DNA of 32,000 nucleotides from Pasteurella multocida (GTDB lineage Bacteria; Pseudomonadota; Gammaproteobacteria; Enterobacterales; Pasteurellaceae): NCBI RefSeq assembly GCF_900187275.1, contig NZ_LT906458.1, positions 1,830,001 to 1,862,000 of the forward strand, read 5' to 3'. Shown piece by piece: positions 24,872 to 32,000 of this stretch (position 1 is its first letter; each line of letters starts with the position of its first letter). The notes under the pieces were generated by a model. It saw only the letters and a program-made list of their open reading frames with translations, ran no database searches and was not told where the DNA came from. The position numbers and the translations under genes were made by a program.

Positions 24872-25579
24872 TTAGAATTTATATCCTATAGATAAACGTA
24901 TAGCATCATTATTATAAGAAACTTGTTTATATGCTACCGTTTTTTGTGGGGATGAAGCAAAACTAATGCGTGATGAAGTATGATAATAACCGACTTCAGC
25001 TAAGAAATTATAATATTCTAAACCTAAGCTAATACCATAATAAGCGCCATCTTTCGCTGACATATTGATATTTGTTTTTTCTATATAGTCTTGTCCATTT
25101 CCTGTATAGTCATGGAGTATTACATTTAATGTAGTAGATTTTGTTCTATTAAATGCATAACCTAAATCACCTTTCAAGTACAGCATCGTATTTGGAGTAA
25201 AAGAGAAATTTTGTTTTAAAGTTGCGTAAAGAGGAATAGAACGATAGCGTGGGACTTGGTATTTTTCTGTTGCATTAACGTCTGCACCTGTTTCATTATG
25301 AATTCCATAACTAATGTGTTTAAAACTATTACGCTTGATAAAACCGACACCACCACCTAGTTCTGTTTGAGGTAACACATTATAAGTAAGTTCTAAGAAA
25401 GCACTTGGAGAAAAAGTATTTCTTTTGTGAGGGACTGAAAAATGATAGATACTCGGATCAACAGTATCAAAACGAGAAACGAGATCCACCCCAACTTTTC
25501 CGTACACATTGAAATTATTGTTTAGTGCCATCGCATTACTTGCTGTGAAAACAAGCATTCCTAAGATAATTTTTTGCAT
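24872..25579 (-). CDS. Putative outer-membrane beta-barrel protein (family not assigned)
   Basis: 235 aa from the MQKIILGML start at 25579 (RBS GGAG). The ORF-track start at 25630 adds 17 residues ahead of the signal peptide. Signal peptide ...FTASNAMA|LNN. Alternating aromatic/polar strands throughout. C-terminus ...AIRLSIGYKF (terminal Phe). Confidence 0.65.
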   Translation of the reverse strand: MQKIILGMLVFTASNAMALNNNFNVYGKVGVDLVSRFDTVDPSIYHFSVPHKRNTFSPSAFLELTYNVLPQTELGGGVGFIKRNSFKHISYGIHNETGADVNATEKYQVPRYRSIPLYATLKQNFSFTPNTMLYLKGDLGYAFNRTKSTTLNVILHDYTGNGQDYIEKTNINMSAKDGAYYGISLGLEYYNFLAEVGYYHTSSRISFASSPQKTVAYKQVSYNNDAIRLSIGYKF

Positions 25580-25770
25580 TTTAAACTCCATTTTAGTTGA
25601 TAAACGGCTGAGAATTATACTTATTAGCACTAAAAAAACAATCGAGTTCAGTTTGTTTCTGAATCATTTATTGATTTAAAACAATACGTTTTTTTAATAT
25701 AAATTAAGCGAATCCATAAAATAAGACAGCTTAATTGAGAGAGATGTGATGATATCGACCACTCATTTTT

Positions 25771-26322
25771 TTAACGATGTTTATTCTTTGTTAAAAAGTC
25801 ACGTAGTGCATACAGTGCAACTAAATTACGTGCTTCACGGAATGTAGGATCTTGCAATAAGTCGTCTAATTGACAGAGAGGGAATCTGATTTGTTCTAGG
25901 GGTTCAGGCTCGTCGCCTTCCAGTTTGCAGGGATAAAGGTGCCGAGCTAAAAAGATATGCATCACGCTATTCATGTAACTTGGCGAGGTATTGACTGTGC
26001 GTAAATGAATGAATTCGTTAGCACCTAATCCCACTTCTTCTTTGAGTTCTCGATTAGCACTTTCTTCAGGTGTTTCATTGGGATCCATTAAACCTTTAGG
26101 GAAACCCAGTTCGTATTGTTCTGTGCCCATCGCATATTCTCGTACCATCAGTAATTGGTCATTTTCAATGGGTAGCACCATGACCGCAGCACGTCCAGTC
26201 CCTTTAAAGCGTTCATAAGTACGCTGAATCCCATTCGAAAATTGGAGTTCGACCGATTGAATCTCAAAAATACGTGATTTGGCAACCACTGACACAGAGA
26301 GGATTTCCGGTTTTTTATGCAT
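25771..26322 (-). CDS. nudE: ADP compounds hydrolase NudE (Nudix)
   Basis: 183 aa from the ATG at 26322 (RBS GAGGTG). The ORF-track start at 26328 is a GTG. Nudix box GFPKGLMDPNETPEESANRELKEEVGL. KPEILSVSVVAKSRIFEIQSVELQFSNG parallels E. coli NudE as recalled. Confidence 0.9.
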   Translation of the reverse strand: MHKKPEILSVSVVAKSRIFEIQSVELQFSNGIQRTYERFKGTGRAAVMVLPIENDQLLMVREYAMGTEQYELGFPKGLMDPNETPEESANRELKEEVGLGANEFIHLRTVNTSPSYMNSVMHIFLARHLYPCKLEGDEPEPLEQIRFPLCQLDDLLQDPTFREARNLVALYALRDFLTKNKHR

Positions 26323-26402
26323 ATTCACCTCGTGGATAAGTGCAATTTTACAAAATTAGGGAATAACGATACCATAAACCGCATGACACCAAAAGGAAAG
26401 TG

Positions 26403-27065
26403 ATGTGCATGATAGACATGAATTGGCAACAAATTGATACGGTAATTTTAGATTTAGACGGTACTTTGATTGATCTCTATTTCGATCATCATTTTTGGAA
26501 AACAGTGGTGCCACAAGCGTATGCGAAAAAATGTAATTTGGATCTTGCCACGAGTCGTCAGCTGTTAAAACAACGTTATGATGCGATTGAGCACAGTAAA
26601 GATTGGTATTGTTTAGATTTTTGGGCAAAAACGTTGGATTTGCCGTTACGTGAGTTATATCAGGCACAAGGACCAACACTGAAAGTGCGGTCAGATGTGG
26701 CACCCTTTTTACAAGCTGTGCGTAAGATGAACAAGCAAATGATATTACTTACGGACAGTAATCCATTTAGTTTAGCGCTTAAGTTACAATATTGCGATTT
26801 TGTTGCGACATTTGATTTATTGCTGTCAAGTCATCACTTTGGCGCCCCGAAAATTGAGCAACCACTGTGGCACAATTTACAACAAAAGCATTATTTTAAC
26901 CCCGCACGGACATTATTTATTGATGATACTGAAAACGTATTGGATAGCGCGAAACAATTTGGTATTGCTTATACAGTTGGCGTGGAAAATCCAGACAGCA
27001 GTTTGCCAAACAAACGGTTCAAACGACATTTTTCAGTCAACAATTACCGCACTTTAGTGGAGTAA
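26403..27065 (+). CDS. yrfG: HAD-superfamily nucleotidase, YrfG-like (GMP/IMP nucleotidase)
   Basis: ~220 aa. Several in-frame starts exist (GTG 26400; ATG 26403, 26409, 26418), so the start is uncertain. HAD motif I DTVILDLDGTLIDL; WYCLDFWAKTLDLP; LFIDDTENVLDSAKQFGI. Parallels E. coli YrfG as recalled, with the E. coli order yrfG-hslR-hslO. Confidence 0.85.
   Translation: MCMIDMNWQQIDTVILDLDGTLIDLYFDHHFWKTVVPQAYAKKCNLDLATSRQLLKQRYDAIEHSKDWYCLDFWAKTLDLPLRELYQAQGPTLKVRSDVAPFLQAVRKMNKQMILLTDSNPFSLALKLQYCDFVATFDLLLSSHHFGAPKIEQPLWHNLQQKHYFNPARTLFIDDTENVLDSAKQFGIAYTVGVENPDSSLPNKRFKRHFSVNNYRTLVE
26683..26691 (+). repeat. USS core AAGTGCGGT
   Basis: Exact 9-mer, inside the yrfG-like gene. Confidence 0.9.
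27046..27054 (-). repeat. USS core (ACCGCACTT on + strand)
   Basis: Exact 9-mer near the 3' end of the yrfG-like gene. Confidence 0.9.
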
Positions 27066-27071
27066 ATAACA

Positions 27072-27494
27072 ATGGCGAAAAAGAATAACGGGCATGAAAA
27101 AGAGGATGATGTTCGCCTAGATAAATGGCTTTGGGCTGCCCGTTTTTATAAAACACGTACTTTAGCAAAAGACATGATTGATGGCGGTAAAGTGCATTAT
27201 AATGGGCAGCGCACGAAACCCAATAAAACGGTTGAAATTGGTGGTGTGATCAAACTTCGTCAAGGTAATGACGAAAAAGAAGTGGAAGTGCTTGCGCTTT
27301 CTACGCAACGTCGTGGGGCGCCAGAAGCACAATTGTTGTATCAAGAAACAGAAAAAAGCCTTGAACAACGTGCGAAAATGGCGATTGCACGTAAGATTAA
27401 TGCATTAACGATGCCGCATCCTGATCGTCGCCCGAATAAAAAAGAGCGGCGTGATTTATTGAAATTTAAACATCAAGATAGCTTTTCATCTTGA
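27072..27494 (+). CDS. hslR: Ribosome-associated heat shock protein Hsp15 (HslR)
   Basis: 140 aa. S4-like RNA-binding domain VRLDKWLWAARFYKTRTLAKDMIDGGKVHYNGQRTKPNKTVEIG. Basic C-terminal tail. Confidence 0.9.
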   Translation: MAKKNNGHEKEDDVRLDKWLWAARFYKTRTLAKDMIDGGKVHYNGQRTKPNKTVEIGGVIKLRQGNDEKEVEVLALSTQRRGAPEAQLLYQETEKSLEQRAKMAIARKINALTMPHPDRRPNKKERRDLLKFKHQDSFSS

Positions 27495-27578
27495 TGATGT
27501 GATTTACCTACTTTTCTTATTAAAGAAAGGAATATGGGGAAGCTGTGTGCTTGCCCTTAACCTGAATAAAGGCTTTTT

Positions 27579-28445
27579 ATGACAGACAACACAGACAATG
27601 ACAAACTGTATCGCTACCTTTTCCAAGATCGCGCGGTGCGCGGTGAATGGGTACGGTTAAACCAAACGTTTACTGATACGTTAAATACACATCAATATCC
27701 GAAAGTCATCCAAAACTTGCTCGGTGAAATGATGGTGGCGACCAGTTTATTGACGGCGACGTTAAAATTTGAAGGGGATATTACTGTTCAAGTACAAGGT
27801 GATGGACCATTAAAATTAGCATTAGTTAATGGCAATCATCAGCAGCAAATTCGCGCATTAGCGCGTTTACAAGCGGATGTCAGTGATGATATGAGTTTGG
27901 CGCAATTAGTCGGGAAAGGGGTATTAGTGATTACGATTGCACCGACAGAAGGCGAGCGTTACCAAGGCGTGATTGCGTTAGATAAGCCAACCATTACTGC
28001 CTGTCTTGAAGATTATTTTGTGCGTTCAGAACAATTGCAAACCCAGCTTATTATTCGTGCTGGCGAATTTGAAGGACAACCTGTGGCAGCCGGTATGTTG
28101 TTACAAATTATGCCGGACGGTTCAGGTTCTCCAGAGGATTTTGAACACTTAGCAACATTGGCAGCGACGGTGAAAGAGGAAGAACTATTTGGTTTAACAG
28201 CAGAAGAATTATTGTACCGTTTATATCATGAAGAGCGTGTTGAAATTTTCCCTTCACAGCCGATCTCATTTTTCTGTGGCTGCTCACAAGAACGTTCTGG
28301 TGCCGCATTGTTGTTGATTTCTGATGAAGAATTGGATGAAGTCTTGGCAGAGCATAACGGTACCATTGATATGCAGTGTGAATGTTGTGGGACGCATTAT
28401 TTCTTCAATAAAGCAGCGATTATGCAATTGAAAGTAGAAAAATAA
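27579..28445 (+). CDS. hslO: Redox-regulated chaperone Hsp33 (HslO)
   Basis: 288 aa. C-terminal zinc/redox switch CGCS...CECCG (CXC...CXXC). LYRYLFQDRAVRGEWVRL N-terminus is typical of Hsp33. Confidence 0.95.
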   Translation: MTDNTDNDKLYRYLFQDRAVRGEWVRLNQTFTDTLNTHQYPKVIQNLLGEMMVATSLLTATLKFEGDITVQVQGDGPLKLALVNGNHQQQIRALARLQADVSDDMSLAQLVGKGVLVITIAPTEGERYQGVIALDKPTITACLEDYFVRSEQLQTQLIIRAGEFEGQPVAAGMLLQIMPDGSGSPEDFEHLATLAATVKEEELFGLTAEELLYRLYHEERVEIFPSQPISFFCGCSQERSGAALLLISDEELDEVLAEHNGTIDMQCECCGTHYFFNKAAIMQLKVEK

Positions 28446-28469
28446 GTCTTGGTATTATGGATTTTGTTG

Positions 28470-28502
28470 CAGGCTATCAAGATATTTGATAGCCTGTTTT
28501 TC
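28470..28502 (+). terminator. Rho-independent terminator after hslO
   Basis: Perfect 10-bp stem caggctatca (28470-28479) / tgatagcctg (28487-28496) with a 7-nt loop, followed by TTTTT. Confidence 0.85.
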
Positions 28503-28618
28503 CTTTGCAGCAAACGATTTTATGAGAAAAACGCCGTCTTCTCACACAGTAGTTTAGGTATTGCATAGCATGAAGCGGGAAACTATGTTTGGCGCTTGTC
28601 TGTTTAAAAAGGTTATCT

Positions 28619-29446
28619 ATGTTAGCACTTTCACCATCATTACTTGAAAAAACACTTGAAATCGCGGATCAAGCAGGAGATTTTTTAACGCGATTTTATA
28701 CCGACTCAGGGCAAAATGCGTTAGCAATTCAAACCAAACAAGATAACACGCCAGTGACTGCCGTGGATTTATTTTTGAGTCAATTTTTAATTGAAAAATT
28801 GACCGCACTGACACCTGAGGTCCCGATTCTTTCCGAAGAGAGTTGTAAAATCCCCTTACAAGATCGTGCACATTGGGCAGAATATTGGTTAATTGACCCA
28901 CTCGATGGAACCCAACAATTTATTAATCGCACCGATCAATTTTCCATTTTGATTACACTTGTCCAACACAATCAACCCGTCTTAAGCATTACCCATGCCC
29001 CTATTTTACAAACGACCTATTATGCTATGCAGGGCTTTGGTGCTTACAGAAGGCAGGGCAATCAACAAGAAAAGCTAAACAACCAAGCGCGACCTGAGCA
29101 GCGAAAAATCAAAATTGCTGTGGGAGTCGGGGGCGTTGAACGGAAAATTCAGCCCTTGTTAAATCCAGCTTATCAATATGAATTTTTGGTTTATGGTTCA
29201 AGTGGCTTAAAAGGCGGCTTAGTGGCCGATGGCACTTGTGATTGCTATATTCGAGTAGGAAAAACGGGTGAATGGGATACGGGGGCGGCTGAAATCCTCT
29301 TACGTGAAATGGGAGGTGCTGTGTTTGACTTTGCTTTTCAACCGCTTAGCTATAATCAGAGAGAAAGTTTTATTAATCCCAATTTTGTGATGGTAGCGAA
29401 TACAGAATTTGATTGGCAGAAAATTTTTCAATTTCATTCGCACTAG
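28619..29446 (+). CDS. cysQ: 3'(2'),5'-bisphosphate nucleotidase CysQ
   Basis: 275 aa from the ATG at 28619. The ORF-track start at 28589 is a TTG. Inositol-monophosphatase-family motifs ILSEE, WLIDPLDGTQQF, WDTGAAEILLREMGG. Parallels E. coli CysQ as recalled. Confidence 0.85.
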   Translation: MLALSPSLLEKTLEIADQAGDFLTRFYTDSGQNALAIQTKQDNTPVTAVDLFLSQFLIEKLTALTPEVPILSEESCKIPLQDRAHWAEYWLIDPLDGTQQFINRTDQFSILITLVQHNQPVLSITHAPILQTTYYAMQGFGAYRRQGNQQEKLNNQARPEQRKIKIAVGVGGVERKIQPLLNPAYQYEFLVYGSSGLKGGLVADGTCDCYIRVGKTGEWDTGAAEILLREMGGAVFDFAFQPLSYNQRESFINPNFVMVANTEFDWQKIFQFHSH

Positions 29447-29513
29447 GCATTATTTATTATAAGATGCGATATCTTATGACCTCTATTTTTAACAAACGGA
29501 TTTCAGGAAAAAA

Positions 29514-31004
29514 ATGAAAATTGAAGCAGACAACAATTGTATTGTAATTTTTGGTGCATCAGGTGATTTAACTTATCGTAAATTGATTCCTGCACTGTAT
29601 AACTTATATAAAATCGGTCGTTTGACTGAGCATTTCTCCGTGTTAGGTGTGGCAAGAACGGAATTAAGTGATGAGGGTTTCCGTGAAAAAATGCGCCAAG
29701 CGTTGATCAAAAGTGAAAAAGCGAATGGCGAAACACTCGATCAATTTTGTAGCCACCTTTATTATCAGGCATTAAATACCGCGGATGCTGCCGATTATGG
29801 CAAGTTAATTCCTCGTCTTGATGACTTACATGATAAATATCAAACTTGTGGTAACACACTTTACTATTTATCTACGCCGCCAAGCCTTTATGGCGTGATT
29901 CCAGAATGCCTTGCGGCACATGGGTTAAATACTGAAGAGTTTGGCTGGAAGCGGTTAATTGTGGAAAAACCGTTTGGTTATGATATACGCACGGCAAAAG
30001 AACTCGATATTCAAATTCACCGTTTCTTTGATGAACACCAAATTTATCGTATTGACCACTATCTTGGTAAAGAAACGGTTCAAAATCTGCTTGTGTTGCG
30101 TTTTTCTAATGGATGGTTTGAACCACTCTGGAACCGTAATTTCATTGATTATATTGAAATCACGGGCGCAGAATCTATCGGTGTAGAAGAGCGTGGTGGT
30201 TATTACGATGATTCTGGCGCAATGCGTGATATGTTCCAAAACCATTTGTTGCAAGTGTTAGCCATGGTTGCGATGGAGCCACCAGCAATTATTAATGCCG
30301 ACTCAATGCGTGATGAAGTGGCAAAAGTCTTGTATTGTTTACATCCATTAAGTGAGGATGACTTAGAAAATCATTTAGTCTTAGGGCAATATACGGCAGG
30401 CACAGTTGAAGGTGAAGCGGTTAAGGGCTACTTACAGGAAAAAGGTGTGCCGGCAGAGTCTAATACGGAAACTTACATGGCATTACGTTGTGAAATTGAC
30501 AACTGGCGTTGGGCGGGTGTGCCATTTTATGTGCGTACTGGGAAACGGTTACCAAGTCGAGTGACCGAAATTGTGATTCATTTCAAAACCACACCACATC
30601 CGGTATTTAGCCAAAAAGCACCAGAAAACAAATTAATTATCCGTATTCAACCCGATGAAGCGATTTCGATGCGTTTTGGTTTGAAAAAACCGGGAGCAGG
30701 TTTTGAAGCAAAAGAAGTGTCGATGGATTTCCGTTATGCGGATCTTGCCTCACCAAGCTTACTGACCGCTTATGAGCGTTTATTATTGGATTCTATGAAA
30801 GGCGATGCCACTTTGTTTGCGCGTACTGATGCGGTACATGCCTGTTGGCAGTTTGTGGAGCCGATTTTACAATATAAAGCACAAAATGGGCGTGTTTATG
30901 AGTATGAAGCCGGTACTTGGGGACCGACAGAAGCCGACAAACTGATCGCGAAAACGGGTCGTGTTTGGCGTAAACCAAGTGGATTAATGAAAAAGAAAGT
31001 GTAA
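29514..31004 (+). CDS. zwf: Glucose-6-phosphate 1-dehydrogenase Zwf
   Basis: 496 aa. NADP-binding [17 protein letters not shown]. Active-site signature RIDHYLGKE. Confidence 0.97.
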   Translation: MKIEADNNCIVIFGASGDLTYRKLIPALYNLYKIGRLTEHFSVLGVARTELSDEGFREKMRQALIKSEKANGETLDQFCSHLYYQALNTADAADYGKLIPRLDDLHDKYQTCGNTLYYLSTPPSLYGVIPECLAAHGLNTEEFGWKRLIVEKPFGYDIRTAKELDIQIHRFFDEHQIYRIDHYLGKETVQNLLVLRFSNGWFEPLWNRNFIDYIEITGAESIGVEERGGYYDDSGAMRDMFQNHLLQVLAMVAMEPPAIINADSMRDEVAKVLYCLHPLSEDDLENHLVLGQYTAGTVEGEAVKGYLQEKGVPAESNTETYMALRCEIDNWRWAGVPFYVRTGKRLPSRVTEIVIHFKTTPHPVFSQKAPENKLIIRIQPDEAISMRFGLKKPGAGFEAKEVSMDFRYADLASPSLLTAYERLLLDSMKGDATLFARTDAVHACWQFVEPILQYKAQNGRVYEYEAGTWGPTEADKLIAKTGRVWRKPSGLMKKKV

Positions 31005-31066
31005 TGTCCGCCTCTTTCGTAAGAAATGCGAGGGGCTAATGTGAGCAGATTGAGTAAGGAAAGATC

Positions 31067-31765
31067 ATGAATACAATCATTTTTGACAGTGCACAGCATG
31101 CCGTAGAGAAAATTGCACAAGAATTGTTAGCGTATAGCTTAGAAGGTCGCCCTGTGCATATTTCCTTATCCGGAGGCTCAACGCCGAAATTGTTATTTAA
31201 AACTTTAGCTCAAGCACCGTATAACACCGAGATTCAATGGAAAAATTTGCATTTTTGGTGGGGCGATGATCGTATGGTGCCACCAACCGATCCAGAAAGT
31301 AATTACGGCGAGGTGCAAAAATTGTTATTCGATCATATTCAGATCCCTGCAGAAAATATTCACCGCATTCGTGGTGAAGCCCCCGTTGAGAGTGAACTTC
31401 ACCGTTTTGAACAAGCGCTAAGTGCGGTCATTCCTGGGCAAGTTTTTGATTGGATTATTTTGGGCATGGGAACGGACGGGCACACGGCCTCATTATTCCC
31501 GCATCAAACCGATTTTGACGATCCTCATTTCGCCGTGATCGCGAAACACCCTGAAACAGGGCAAATTCGTATTTCAAAAACAGCGAAATTGATTGAACAA
31601 GCAAAGCGGGTGACCTATTTGGTGACAGGTAGCAGTAAAGCCGAGATCTTAAAAGAAATTCAAACTACTCCGGCAGAACAACTGCCTTATCCTGCTGCGA
31701 AAATCAAAGCGAAGCATGGGGTGACGGAATGGTATTTGGATAAGGATGCGGCAAAATTACTGTAA
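31067..31765 (+). CDS. pgl: 6-phosphogluconolactonase (DevB/Pgl type)
   Basis: 232 aa. SLSGGSTPKLLF, WWGDDRMVPPTDPESNY, ILGMGTDGHTASLFP. Immediately downstream of zwf. RBS AAGGAAAG. Confidence 0.9.
   Translation: MNTIIFDSAQHAVEKIAQELLAYSLEGRPVHISLSGGSTPKLLFKTLAQAPYNTEIQWKNLHFWWGDDRMVPPTDPESNYGEVQKLLFDHIQIPAENIHRIRGEAPVESELHRFEQALSAVIPGQVFDWIILGMGTDGHTASLFPHQTDFDDPHFAVIAKHPETGQIRISKTAKLIEQAKRVTYLVTGSSKAEILKEIQTTPAEQLPYPAAKIKAKHGVTEWYLDKDAAKLL
31420..31428 (+). repeat. USS core AAGTGCGGT
   Basis: Exact 9-mer, inside pgl. Confidence 0.9.
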
Positions 31766-31930
31766 TGCGTCGTGAGATTTTTCAACATTTTTGCAAAGAG
31801 ACTTGAAACAAAATAGACCATAGCGTTCGTTTTCAACGAGTGCTGAAAATGAAGGCTCTCGTTGAAAATGGCGCCATTTAGTGGGTAAGCTTAAGGTTCG
31901 CTCAGACAGCGCTATCAAAAGGGTAAAAGA

Positions 31931-32000
31931 ATGTATCAACTCTATTTTAATCCACCAAAATCTTCATGGTCATTACGCGTTTGGGTGTTATTGAAAGAAC
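31931..32000 (+). CDS. 5' end of a CDS running off the window; possibly a glutathione S-transferase-like protein
   Basis: ATG at 31931, open to the window edge: MYQLYFNPPKSSWSLRVWVLLKE. The pattern loosely resembles the N-terminus of YfcF-type GSTs as I recall it. Only 23 codons are visible. Confidence 0.35.
   Translation, partial: MYQLYFNPPKSSWSLRVWVLLKE

Noticed and set aside
26356-26703. 115-aa minus-strand ORF overlapping the start of the yrfG-like gene.
   Set aside because: It is antisense to a well-supported HAD hydrolase CDS, has no RBS, and its translation is low-complexity and unfamiliar.
31757-31939. 60-aa minus-strand ORF in the pgl / GST-like intergenic region.
   Set aside because: It has no RBS and overlaps the pgl stop and the next gene's start. 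The region is better explained by the inverted repeats described in the findings.
1-32000. Searched by eye for CRISPR arrays, tRNA/rRNA genes, IS elements, integrases, toxin-antitoxin pairs and defence-system genes.
   Set aside because: None was found. All large ORFs are accounted for, and the intergenic regions are short and lack the corresponding signatures.

Overview
This is a chromosomal segment of Pasteurellaceae type. It carries 11 perfect Hin-type uptake signal sequences (AAGTGCGGT/ACCGCACTT), and its gene content and local synteny resemble Haemophilus, Aggregatibacter or Pasteurella; I cannot assign a species. From left to right: (1) A co-oriented minus-strand block holds two paralogous TbpB-fold lipoprotein genes, then rsmD, then a Slam-type (TPR + DUF560 barrel) outer-membrane translocon. 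The block sits at the rsmD/ftsY junction. (2) ftsY-ftsE-ftsX. (3) A roughly 15-kb complete 4-hydroxyphenylacetate (hpa) meta-cleavage island. It comprises hpaBC and hpaA, followed by an apparently single long operon: TRAP transporter, split hpaG, hpaE, hpaD, hpaF, a Bcr-type MFS gene, hpaH, hpaI and a succinate-semialdehyde dehydrogenase. (4) pckA, an AT-rich orphan outer-membrane barrel gene and nudE. (5) yrfG-hslR-hslO, cysQ, zwf-pgl, and the first codons of a GST-like gene. I recognised no rRNA, tRNA, CRISPR, IS/transposase, integrase or canonical defence genes. The best candidate for an uncharacterised system is the Slam translocon with its two diverged surface-lipoprotein cargo genes of unknown function, which have no TonB-dependent receptor partner in the window. 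The second most interesting observation is a repeated 11-bp box with identical geometry in two promoters of the hpa island, a candidate HpaA operator. The TRAP and MFS transporters embedded in that island are also notable. All protein-family calls rest on reading the translated ORFs and on recalled motifs and homologue sequences; no database search was run.
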